A stretch of DNA of 55,896 bases, filler included, from Basidiobolus ranarum (lineage: Eukaryota): the NCBI GenBank assembly GCA_040143965.1. It is 2 parts of 2 records of this genome, joined end to end, with 100 filler letters (N's around TTAATTAATTAA, not from the genome) between each part and the next. Parts side by side here need not be neighbours in the genome. Positions count along the whole stretch, not along the records: positions 1 to 28,008 come from JASJQH010000118.1; 1 more part is not named here. One strand, written 5' to 3'. Below, in pieces: positions 1 through 10,779 of this stretch. Numbering within the stretch: position 1 is the stretch's first letter; the number at the start of each line of letters is the position of its first letter. Made by a program: the position numbers and the translations under genes. The notes under the pieces are model-generated. The model was given only the letters and a program-made list of their open reading frames with translations, was not told where the DNA came from and did not search any database.

Positions 1-1419
1 TAGGACGATAAAGTAGTCGCCCCTCCCCAACAACGCGTTCAGAATGATCCAGGCGTGCAGGCGGTGCAAGATTCGTTATCCTTGACGTTGTATCCAAGGT
101 AACTGCAAAGATACGTGAATGCATTGGTATCCAACGAAACGCCCGACGCATGCACGTAAAGAGTGGTACACTAATGGCTCGAGATTTTGGGAGTTTCAAG
201 TTGCTATCGTTTTTTAATTCATTTTCAATCGATTCCTTCTCAACCGGATGCAAACTTCCTTGAGTGCAGGTCTTTTCCAAAAGTTCCCACGTCTCGTCCA
301 GAACAAACAGGACCTCCAACGCCATTGAAGCTTCGACTGATTGGTCTAACACATTGTCTGGCGTTTTAATGGGAAAGGAGTCAATATCGAAATCGCGTGG
401 CCTTTTTGCATGCATCGACTTTGGAGATCGTTGAGACGGCTTTACCGTTTCATCTTTGTTCTTAACTGCTGTTGGTTCTGCTTCTCTTTTCGATTCTTTC
501 CCTGAAATAAATCCCATCCGGGTTTTCATGAAAGTCTCTAGCTCCAGGCTTGTGAGGAACGCTGTGAGGATATCTTTGTGATGGATATACCGAGAACGAA
601 TCCACTGAGTCAGAGCAGGTTTTACGTGAGTACCATCCGATTCTTCAATTTGAACTCGGAGAAATGTTGCTGGATCAATTTTAAGGTCGACACATGCGGT
701 AACAGCATCAACTGAGGCAGTAATGAACGCTAGAAATGATAGCTGCGCCTCATATTGATCACTGTGTTCATATGCTGAAAGAGTGTCCGCAATGGGAGAA
801 CTTTTCGGATATCCTGTACTTTCAACACTCAGAAAAGAGAAATAGACAACGTATGTTCCTAATTTGTGAGACTGCAAAATGTTTTGGATTTTCCGGCACC
901 ACTTGTTTGAACAGCAGCTACACCTGGATAATAGTAGTTGTACGGATTCCAAGAATCACACATATTTGCAAGTTTTTTGTAAACGTATGGTAACACATCG
1001 TTGGGATCTTCGTAGTTTGCGGACCAAGATTGGATGAGAGCACCCGTGTCAGGCATGATGCGTACATTTTCGATCAAGGATAAATTATAGTTATGCTTAA
1101 TATAATGAGCCATAAAGTCAAATTGATCCCAATTTGCTTCGAATCTAGAACACAATGACGCAGTGTCGGCGTGAAGTATCTTAATTACTTCTTCAGCCTT
1201 CACAGGGTCTCTCACGTAGTGTGGTATCCAGTATTTGATTATTACATTCGCAGCTATAGCGGTCCTTGCAGTCATATTCTCCTTAAAAGACTTCGTATTA
1301 CTGGGCTGAAAATATCTATCAACTAAGGTATCAAATGGCTCAAGAGGCCTCACTTTACTATCTGTAGTGCTTGCCGCATTTGATAGTGTGTTGCTTGTTG
1401 CTCTACTGCTAGGATCCAT
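1..1419 (-). pseudogene. CR/Crinkler-effector-type P-loop NTPase with a 1-nt frameshift just after Walker A; runs off the window's left edge
   Basis: ORF from ATG 1419 has Walker A 'VQTSGAGKSKT' then stops at 859. A shifted frame continues LGTYVVYFSFLSVESTGYP...VLFVLDE (Walker B)...FTCMRRAFRW...IFAVTLDTTSRITNLAP...LLYRP, open to position 1. One extra T in ACATTTTGCAG would fuse the frames. Confidence 0.75.
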
Positions 1420-2018
1420 TGATAGAAAAAATGCGGAAATAGCAAGCCCCATAACACCATTGCATATGAAAATCGAATTAATCACAAGGGTTACATAACC
1501 CTAGTAAATCAGATTCCTGGAAAAAGACGGCGATATCTCAACTTAGTTACTTTTGGATATACTAGGTGGCTTAGCTATTTAAGTTTAAAGTCAATTATAA
1601 AAGATTCTCTGTTCGTACTGTCTACTGTATGATGTTTTCAAAGGTAAGAAGAGGGGGTAGTTCGAGGAGTTAAAGTTAGTTTACATATATTATATATTGA
1701 ATAGTTAGAATCAACTTACATATATGCATCTACAAGTAACAGTACATAAAAGTTTAGGTGGGATAACATCAATATGGTTCAAATATTACCCAACCAGGTA
1801 GATTACCATATCCTTGGATAAGCTACGAATTTCATAATCAATCATTGATGTATTTTGTTAGAGTATTAAAAAGCTCTAACCTTAGCTCCAACAATGAATG
1901 AGATTATTTCTAACCAAACCTCAAATCCATTCATACTCCTAGCTTACTGGGAGATTTGTTTCGTGTCAACCACTCTATTCCTTGTTAATTTCCCAATTGG
2001 CAATATCTGCGCAAGTAC

Positions 2019-2126
2019 CAGAATTCCAATATAGTGAGTTTTTCCATGTTGATACAGAATTCCAATATAGTGAGTTTTTCCATGTTGATACAGAATTCCA
2101 ATATAGTGAGTTTTTCCATGTTGATA
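2019..2126. repeat. 36-bp tandem repeat, 3 perfect copies
   Basis: CAGAATTCCAATATAGTGAGTTTTTCCATGTTGATA at 2019, 2055 and 2091. Confidence 0.95.
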
Positions 2127-2571
2127 ACTACAAAACTCGACACTTTGACATCAGTCCTGAATCGTCTAAGAGTCACGACGTTGAATCCTTTGTTAAGTCA
2201 ACCATCACCTCCAGACCTGCCGCTTCAGTTTTACCACTAGGAAGTATCAATACCAATCCATCTGAAATGAAGAGCCCAGATGAGACCTTGAACGGCTGGC
2301 CACTCCCAAAAACAAACTCATAAGTAAAAATACTGTCAAGCAGATCAGATCATTGACTACGTCTCAGTTTGACTAATTTAGTAATATTCGGTACACATTC
2401 AAATAAGCTAACCACTGTAAAGTACGAACTCATCATGAACTCTAACTCACTAGTTTTGATGTTCATGTCTTGAGTTTTTTGGATTTTTGACTGAACAATT
2501 GGAATCTGATTATTTGTTGTACAAGTATACATTACTCAGTACTTCTTTCTCCATGAAGAATATCTACTGTG

Positions 2572-2682
2572 GTGTATTTATGGCTAGAAAACAGTCTACG
2601 GTGGAGTGTATTTATGGCTAGAAAAGTGTATTTATGGCTAGAAAACAGTCTACGGTGGAGTGTATTTATGGCTAGAAAACAG
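2572..2682. repeat. Compound tandem repeat (20-bp core x4)
   Basis: GTGTATTTATGGCTAGAAAA four times; CAGTCTACGGTGGA follows copies 1 and 3. Confidence 0.9.
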
Positions 2683-2988
2683 AACAGAAATCATAACTCA
2701 TCAGTACGAATAAAGAATGAATGTTAGAGTGGTATTCTCGGCATAACAATGACTAGAGAGTCTCTTCAAATTAACATAGTTCTGGCTAGTAGCTAAACGA
2801 CAGAAGGTTGAGTGTGAGTGGCGGGTAATGGACATATAATAAGCGAATGGTACAGTGAGTTCAAGTCGAATGCTATTTTCAATGATGTAGGTAATGCCGA
2901 TAAAATGTTGTTAGCATCAGTATATAAATGAACCATGGGTTGTGACTTTTCATGACTTAATAATGTTAAGATCTGTCTAAACATGCAA

Positions 2989-3047
2989 GAAGGAAAACCC
3001 CCTTTATTAGTATGTTATGAAGGAAAACCCCCTTTATTAGTATGTTA
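2989..3047. repeat. 30-bp-period tandem duplication
   Basis: GAAGGAAAACCCCCTTTATTAGTATGTTA twice. Confidence 0.9.
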
Positions 3048-3064
3048 ACATAGTGCAAAGGAAC

Positions 3065-3331
3065 CTAATATTCACAATCAACGGAAGTAGCATATCCCAA
3101 TTTCTTCACACATCTTCTGAAGAGACCCTCATTTACAGTTGGAAGAGTGCAAATCAAGTGATTGCCTTGGAAGTTAGAGCCACCCATGTTTTGGAGACAA
3201 CATTCTTTGATTTTTGAGAAGCTGACCTTGAATCCGTAGACTGAACATACTGAATTGACATCATCGCCAACTACCTGGCCAGCCAAAAGTAATGCGGAAA
3301 GACAGAGAATACGTAAGCTTCGGATCATCAT
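3065..3331 (-). CDS. Small secreted cysteine-rich protein (88 aa, 6 Cys in mature part), possibly KP6-like fold
   Basis: Signal peptide MMIRSLRILCLSALLLAGQVVG; mature DDVNSVC...KECC...ICTL...LFRRC...VDCEY; probable 5'-UTR intron 3336-3399 (GTAAGT...CATAG) just before the ATG. Confidence 0.8.
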   Translation of the reverse strand: MMIRSLRILCLSALLLAGQVVGDDVNSVCSVYGFKVSFSKIKECCLQNMGGSNFQGNHLICTLPTVNEGLFRRCVKKLGYATSVDCEY

Positions 3332-4415
3332 TATCCTATGAATATATATTTCAAATGATAAACAATAGAAAATCAATCAAAAGGTGGCTGATAACTTACT
3401 GACTTGAGATTGATATTAGATATTTCGAGGTTTCTTCGATGTTTCCGACACTATTTATACTACAGTATCGAGGTGAGCGATTCAGTTGGTTGATATTGTA
3501 ACCTGTTCTCAGAGGCTGTCGGCGTTTTTGGCGGACTTCGTGTCACATTTGGATAAGTGTCGTATTGGAGGGCGGTTTTGTTGGGTATTGGATGTACATT
3601 CTCATTTATAGTGATTGATACAAATACACTCAATCTCGATGCAAGACAAATATGATATTCAACTAAACAGAGTAACAACGAGGGCGTCTCTCTGTACAAG
3701 TACTACTTTAAGGCTACTTTCACCTCTTGTAACCCTTTAATTGAAGCAACTGTGTTGATGTTGGAAAATCTTTGTCGCAACTATAGTCACACTGATTTGA
3801 TTAATGTTACACTGAAAGACCCACGTCTTCTGAACTTCTTGGTTTAAGATATGACATTGGTGTAAGAATGCATAGCGGTAAATGAATGAAATATTTCTAT
3901 TCCAAGGATCACCATACAGAAAGACCAAATTTGGGCATCTACAAGCGTTCTCTTCATTTGAAAGCTATTCTCAAAGAACTTTTTCATCTGTGCAGACTCG
4001 GAAGATTATTATACTTTCACATTAATCTGTTTACGGATACGAATCTGATGGGGTGTGTAAGCCCCTAGAAATTCACTACAGTGAGTAATACACCGTGAAA
4101 TATTCAACTAAAATTTTGAACGCCACAAATACCAAATACTCAACACTTTTGTGTTATCTTTCCAAGTAGCTATTATAAGCATATGGGAAGGACTTCGCAA
4201 GGACTCAACTCGTAACGTTGATTGATCCTACCAAGTTGATATTAAGTGAGCAATTACACCATACATCTCATATTTGACTTCTCTTGTTTCTTAATCCGGA
4301 TATGTGGTGTTAAGTTATAGAAGTCTGAAGAAATACTCTCCTTTATTGAAGGTTGGTAGACACTAGCAATACATATAAGCGTAGATGTATATAAGAGCAG
4401 TAATCTACAAAGAAA

Positions 4416-4661
4416 CTAATCACGGCACTGAATAAGGGAGCATGATTTACAGTTGCTATAGTTATAGTAACCCTGGTACTTGCACTGCACATTCTGGTCG
4501 GTGCACTGAACAGTAGTTCCCGAAACATAGCAACTTCTGGTACCCTGAGAGTAGGCGCTTGCGCATTTCTGGGCAGCAGATCCACATTCAAGGGATATTT
4601 GGGTGGCACCAAGAGCCAGTCCGCAGAAGGTGATTGCAAGCATGACAGTTCTGATAAACAT
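4416..4661 (-). CDS. Small secreted 8-Cys protein, paralogue A (81 aa)
   Basis: Signal peptide MFIRTVMLAITFCGLALG; spacing C-x6-C-x10-C-x8-C-x6-C-x10-C-x2-C-x4-C; paralogue at 26456-26707. Confidence 0.9.
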   Translation of the reverse strand: MFIRTVMLAITFCGLALGATQISLECGSAAQKCASAYSQGTRSCYVSGTTVQCTDQNVQCKYQGYYNYSNCKSCSLIQCRD

Positions 4662-5318
4662 TTTGAGGATGCGATGCTACTCAGTAGATAAAATAAGGCG
4701 GAAGTCAGAATTGAATTGTAACATTCTCGAACTACTCCACGGCCTTTTATTACCAACTGAAGATAGAATAGAGGTTCGTCATACATCAATAGAGTATTAT
4801 ACAGTCATCAGATGGAAGTGTGAGTGAATAGTTAGTATTACCGTCAACTCTAGATGCTACCTTCTTTTGCTATTTTCCAGTTCATACGTTGATATAACTA
4901 TGGACATCAAATTCCTAAGAGAGCATATCTACATATTCTATGTTACTCCCGACGGTAGTGCACACCCATATTTCATTGTTGCATGTTTCATTGTTATTTA
5001 TTTGGATGGACACTGGAATTGGTTGTATTTATGGTTTGGTGAAGTGGTTATTAGCAATAGTTATTGCATGGTTGTATCAAATTATGATCCTTGTATATAG
5101 TTTACATATGGTGAGTATTGCTACAAAATTCGTAAATAACAGCAAAGTAGTACTAAGGGAATGTCTAGAAACAGTGTTTGTACTTTGGTTAATCATATGG
5201 TGTCATCGTAGTGTAACAAGAGTTGTGCTGATCATTACTATATTGAAACAAATATTCCCAGTTTTTGGGATTTCTTTCGCAGTGACTGGTAATTTGTAAG
5301 TGGCATAAAGTGGCAATT

Positions 5319-5394
5319 AGTGGAAGTTAGACTTTGATTTAGATATTATTGAATGATTTGGTATGCGATCTCTTTCCAAAGTCTAACTTCCACT
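5319..5394. repeat. Perfect 18-bp inverted repeat with 40-nt loop
   Basis: AGTGGAAGTTAGACTTTG (5319-5336) / CAAAGTCTAACTTCCACT (5377-5394). Confidence 0.9.
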
Positions 5395-5732
5395 TTGAAC
5401 ATGTTTTGGAACTACCATTTCTACTTCAGTTTGAATGTTTCGGATTTTAATTCTTAGTATATAGTTAGCGATATTGTATCTGGGATGAATGGAAAATTTT
5501 AAGGATAGACTGAAGAAATATGCGATTTGCACTCAAAGATTAATATTAATATATAGGTCGGAAATAAACCCAATACTCATACATGTACATTTCAAGGGTT
5601 TGAAGGATGTTGAGGAAATGGTTTATAAAGTTATAAAGAACTTAGAAGATGTGATCATATCTGAGCGTTGTGATGTAGCAAAAGTCAGGTGATCATTTAG
5701 ACTTACAAAACATTCAGAAGAAAGATAGTGAT

Positions 5733-6037
5733 TATTGCTGAAATAAGCATAAACTAAACACCTATATAGTCATACATAGCTTAGTGTTTGGTTACTCAAT
5801 ACTGAACTAAGATTACACCTCAAGAGGAATTTACTTAAAAGTCGGAAGATATATAGATTTTTCAAAGAAGCCCCAAACGTTGCACACATGTTTCTTAACA
5901 CATTCTACACATTTGTTTGTCTACATCTTGACAAAATTATAAATGTCAACTGAAGACTCAATAGATCAATAAGTGAAAGCCACCAATTTCTCTAATTCTC
6001 CAAACCACTTCCAACAGGCTCCCAAAATATTTTAACA
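5733..6037 (+). mobile_element. Internal fragment of the Tc1/mariner-like element at 54681-55627
   Basis: Colinear similarity to 54861-55177, e.g. CTAAACACCTATATAGTCAT and CCACCAATTTCTCTAATTCTCCAAACCACTTCCAACAGGCTCCCAAA. Confidence 0.85.
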
Positions 6038-6390
6038 GAAATATCTAAACTTCAAATTTAGTTGGCCTTTCATTACTAGTTTGAGCTTGCTGCAAATATT
6101 CCTTTATCAATAAATATTCAATTGTAGATACTAACAGAACTGCTTAGCTTAGAAATATTAATATTCTTAGAGATCTTGAATATAAGCGCTGATAGATTAA
6201 TATTAATTGTTGGAGTAAATGTCCAAACCCAACTGTACCAACTGTTCATGGGTGAGTAAATAGGGAATATCGACGAGATTTCATCAACAGTACTGCAACC
6301 AGTCGGATATCAAACTAGATTTAAGTTATTGCATATGATGATTTAATATACTACTCATGTAACCAATGGCTGAGAATCATGTATGAAAAA

Positions 6391-6459
6391 TATGACTATA
6401 ATATTGTCATGAAAGGTGTGACTATAATATTGTCATGAAAGGTGTGACTATAACATTGT
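6391..6459. repeat. 26-bp tandem repeat (~2.7 copies)
   Basis: TGTGACTATAATATTGTCATGAAAGG units. Confidence 0.9.
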
Positions 6460-6656
6460 TGCTTTGGTTATTATGCCGATTATAGTATATCCAAACCAAT
6501 AAGTAATTATGCTTATCGGATAAGAATCCTGCTTTTAACAATACAATTTAATGATTGTATAACTGCGCCAATAATGATGGCTTATTTGGAATGTTTCCTC
6601 TACGGGTTCCTAATGGGTTCCAAATAGGAGCTATGGAAGTACGGAAATAGTTACCA

Positions 6657-6685
6657 CTAGGGTTAGGGTTAGGATTAGGATTGAG
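6657..6685 (+). repeat. Short interstitial telomere-like (TTAGGG/TTAGGA) tract
   Basis: CTAGGGTTAGGGTTAGGATTAGGATTGAG ~140 bp upstream of ATG 6823. Confidence 0.6.
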
Positions 6686-6822
6686 CCTAAAATTATCTGT
6701 TACAGATGACACTTAGATGACAGAATTAGGGGAATTTTAGATTGGTTTCAGGGTAGGGTGTGCTTGAATCGATTAAGCATACTTCCTTCTTTGTTGTCCA
6801 TTCATATTCATTACAACCAGAT

Positions 6823-7563
6823 ATGTCCTCCTCCGAGGAACTTGACAACTTGACTTCAGTACAGGTTATATCTGATTCTAAGTTTAACACCATTAAAGAT
6901 GAAATTCAAACTCTAAAGCAACTCCAAGGACGTATCTTTTCCGATATTCGAGCCCAAAGAACCCCCGAAGCTTGGGGAGAAAGAGATACCCTTTTGGAGA
7001 GAATCTTTACTGGGATAACTCAGTCAGACACACTCATCCCTACTGGTAATGAGATGACTAGAGAGGCAAAAAAGGACCTCGTGAAGGAGTTACAAAGCTC
7101 ACAAATGCGAGCTGAAACGGACCTAAAAACCATGTTAGAGCAATGGGTGAGTTGAAACTGGTGATTTCTATCAAATTTCCTTCATTAAAAGTTCCATTTC
7201 TAGTATCAAACGCTCAAGCCAGATGCCTACGACACCCAAATATACGAAGCTGTTCGAGGAAATGATGAAATAATCGTTGGTAACCTACGTGCTCAATATG
7301 CCAACAATCCTAACGATTCTCCGGTTTTATTTCAACTCTCGTTAGCTCGACGAGAGCTACACAGTCTAGAGAAAAGTCTACAAATCATACGTGAACTCAG
7401 CGGCTCATTCTATCGTATGGACAAAGCTGAAAATAAGATCGAGGAATTCCAGGTGAAGCTCCCCTCGCGTACGAGAAGTAAACGTACCAAGATCATGTTT
7501 GTTGGAACTATTCTCATCACCTTGGGATTGCTCATTGGAGTGATTGTTACCCAAGTTCATTAA
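6823..7563 (+). CDS. Tail-anchored helical protein, divergent syntaxin/SNARE-like (2 exons; intron 7147-7203)
   Basis: Spliced ORF MSSSEELD...EQW|YQTLK...ARRELHSLEKSLQIIRELS...RTRSKRTK-IMFVGTILITLGLLIGVIVTQVH*; basic patch then C-terminal TM helix. Confidence 0.7.
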
Positions 7564-7890
7564 TAACATTAGAGAGTTGATGTACTTTCCCCTCTCTTCA
7601 TATGTAGCATACTTCACATCATGAACATTCATTTCATTTCCCCAACAATTGTGTATCTATAAATAAACATAAGAACCGAAGCAATAAAAGTAAAACAGTC
7701 TGGTCTTTGGTGGATTTATTTACGATATGAGCCATGGGATGTGCGTTCTGTACCAACGGAGCTCCACAGATAAAGTATGCAGGGGGAGGATGAAAGTGTA
7801 CGTTGTTTGACATTATGAGGAAGTCAGAAATTCCTCGTTCAAATCCGACCAAACCTCCAATAACTCGTTCATATAATACTGTTAGTGAAT

Positions 7891-9291
7891 TTAAAGGACA
7901 ACCACGAAAATCAAAAAGAAGAGGACAACAATGGCGAAAATCTTGATCATCAACCAACGGTTGGAGGAGATATGTGCATAGTATTTCAGTAGTTCCTTTT
8001 GTGCTCCGCTGACATTCATCTCGATATCGTCAACATTGGCGTCGATTCTACATAATAATGGCAAGTAATTCAGTATTAGACTGGGATATAGCTGGGATTG
8101 AATATCGCTTTAAACACCCACCGCTGAACCGCTTCTCTTTGCTCTGCAACCATGTGAGCTAATTGCTGAAAGATGCTTCCCAACTCAGCAATGGTAGATT
8201 CGATCGTTTCGATCGCTGTAGCTCTTTCGTCAATGTATGTATTCTAAGAAGTAATTGGTTAGTCATTAGGTTTGGAGATATTCAAGAGCCAGTACCACGT
8301 TGATTACCTGTTGCTCCACAAGTTGAAGCTGCTGAGCCGACTGCGTTGAAAAGTCTAAAGCAACGAATTCTCCATTTGTAGGATCCTCTTGTTTACGTTC
8401 AAAGTGAAATAGGGGAGAATCGGCTAATGGATAATACACTTCCAGTTAATAAGAAATCAACAATAGCACCGACATTATGGATACATACTAGAAGGACCAA
8501 TGGATAAAGGTGTTGAAGATTCCATAAATTGCTCTTTACGATCTTTGGTAGCTTTCATATTCTAAGAGGGAATATAATAAGCAACAATTAATTGATTTTT
8601 CAAGTGAGTAAACTAGAAGTATTTTAATCCCATACACTTGTACGCATCTCCAAAACGTCTTTAAAGCTAAGGGAAGCGTTCATCAATTTCGATTGTAACA
8701 TCACCACCACATTATTATTATGTTCTTCGATTTGTTTAGCATTTTTACGTCCACTTTGATTTTCTCGTACGGTTCTTTGTAAACTGGCCAGTTGTTGATT
8801 TAATCTGGCAATATCTTGCTTTATAACGTAAGTCAATTCCTAAAAGTACAATAAATTAGCATCATCTCTTCCATTTCATCAACGCCGTGACCTATTTAGA
8901 TATATAGGTGTCACGATATACAATATACCCACACTAATTTCCGTAGGTTTATCATCGAATAGTGTTTTACGCTTTGCCACTACGGAGAAATAAAGAAGAA
9001 AATTAAGTATACAAGCCAAGGTATGGACATGGGCATGGGTGTGAGTAGGGATAACAAAAAATAAACTTCTTTACATTTTGCCAATTTTTGTAACTTGGCC
9101 GCAGTAGTGTTGATGTCACGCCCGATGGCACCTGCTATATATGAGAACTCTGTCTTGCTGGTTATACCATTCTGCGTATCTTGACGAATTAGGGCGTTCT
9201 TCTCAGTTCCGTTACGATTAGGACGGGCAGACCTTGATTTTAAAGAATCAACTGCAGCTTGAAATTCGATGGTTCTATTTTTAATGGACAT
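7891..9291 (-). CDS. SED5: Syntaxin-5 / cis-Golgi Qa-SNARE (multi-exon)
   Basis: N-peptide MSIKNRTIEF; 'TAAKLQKLAK'; 'IETIESTIAELGSIFQQLAHMVAEQ'; C-terminal TM RWLMIKIFAIVVLFFLIFVVVL. Confidence 0.95.
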
Positions 9292-9886
9292 TGTGAAAGA
9301 GGGGGAGGCAATAAAGTATTATTATATTTGAAGTTCCAAAAAAAAATATGTCCAAGAGAGTTAGTGTAAGCTGTTTGAAGTTTGTGAGGTAAAGATGAAG
9401 GAAAATTATAAGATTTGCCGATTCGAGACACTAGACAATAATCATTAGGGCAATTTAGTGGAGTTGAGTATGCCAACATCACCAATATATGTGTTATATT
9501 TTGTTTGGACCGTTCATTTCATTTACCTATCTAAATGTAATATGGTCCACTTCATTCCAGAATGATTCCTTTGCAGGATAACAATTCCAGCAATTAAAAA
9601 CGCACTTGTCTCGCTGCCACATGCCTGCCAACTTGGATATTCTAAATAAACACTAGATTACCCGGATATTCATCTGCATATATACCAAGCGCTCATGGCG
9701 TAATGGTGTTGGATGAAATCTTCAAATGAGAAACAATTGAGAAAACGATGGCATCAACAGCCCTAAAATCTAGAGAAAACCAAGCTAAGCTACAATTCTA
9801 AAATCTAACCATAGAGCAGCAATAGATGAATATAAGGGTTTGCAAATAGACGAATATTTATTGATATTAAAACCGAACAAGGCTTT

Positions 9887-10369
9887 TTAGATCAAAGTTT
9901 CGTAGGCAATAGGGTAAATGGTGGTAGGAGCGTTGTCCTTAGTGGAGACGTGACGAGCATCACGAGGTTGAGCAGGGAGACGCTTAAGATGGAGAGTTTG
10001 GCCAGCAGCCTTGGCCTCCTTCTTCTTAAGGGCGTTCTCCTTGACACGACGCAAGAAGTCATCACGGCACTTGGAGTGCTTGATGTGCTCAACACGGATG
10101 TTAACACGCTTCTCCATGAAACGGTTACCAACACGCTTGTTGATAATGACACCGACAGAGGTCTTGGTAACGTTGTAAACAATACCAGTTCTACCGTGGT
10201 AGAACTTGTGGGGCATACCCTTTTGGATGGAAGCGTTAGCCTTGATATCGACGATATCACCAACCTTGTAGGTCTTCAAGTAAGTAGAGAGCTTGATGGG
10301 ACCATGCTTACGGAAGGACTGGGAGAACAGGTGGCGAGTACGAGCACGATAACCGAAGGAGTGAGGCAT
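9887..10369 (-). CDS. RPL21: 60S ribosomal protein L21 (eL21)
   Basis: MPHSFGYRARTR...KGMPHKFYHGRTG; strong codon bias; likely 5'-UTR intron 10379-10527. Confidence 0.98.
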   Translation of the reverse strand: MPHSFGYRARTRHLFSQSFRKHGPIKLSTYLKTYKVGDIVDIKANASIQKGMPHKFYHGRTGIVYNVTKTSVGVIINKRVGNRFMEKRVNIRVEHIKHSKCRDDFLRRVKENALKKKEAKAAGQTLHLKRLPAQPRDARHVSTKDNAPTTIYPIAYETLI

Positions 10370-10779
10370 TGTTGCTTACTAAGAGTATCAAATAAAGTTG
10401 AGTTTGATATTAGTAAAGTGATCTTCCATCAGGTCGTATTAAAGTAATGAATTTTTCTTCTCATTTTTTTTTCATGTACTTGTAAATTTTCTTCAAAATC
10501 ACTAATTTTAAAATGTAATATTCGTACCTACAAGAGTTTCCACTGAGCTCGTGAAGGAGAAAAGGAAGTTTCCGGGATAGACAGAGTGCTTACTTTTGTT
10601 GTTTCCAGGGCAGAAAAAAAAATCCTTTTAGCCAGGGGTCGGGCCATCTTCAGGGAGGCGGGTGATTGGTTGAAGCCGGGGCTTTCATGATTTTTTTGTC
10701 CAAACCTTTGGTCAGTTAAAAGTGTGTATTTTTGCTGTGAAACTTCCTTTCCTTTGGTCGGATTCAACAGCGGCACAAC
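10370..10779. promoter_or_regulatory. Bidirectional promoter region shared by RPL21 and RPS9
   Basis: Head-to-head start codons ~410 bp apart; poly(A) tract and GC-rich patch at ~10614-10682. Confidence 0.7.

Noticed and set aside
2572-2682. Repeat-spacer pattern resembling a CRISPR array
   Set aside because: Spacers are identical or absent, there are no cas genes and the context is eukaryotic; it is a nested tandem duplication.
4867-5692. Hydrophobic or short ORFs in the first island (4867-5100, 4940-5299, 5489-5692)
   Set aside because: No recognisable motifs or splice structure; typical chance ORFs in AT-rich DNA.
9892-10447. Long overlapping ORFs (9950-10447 +, 9892-10263 -) and antisense ORFs over RPS9
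   Set aside because: Shadow frames caused by strong codon bias in ribosomal protein genes.
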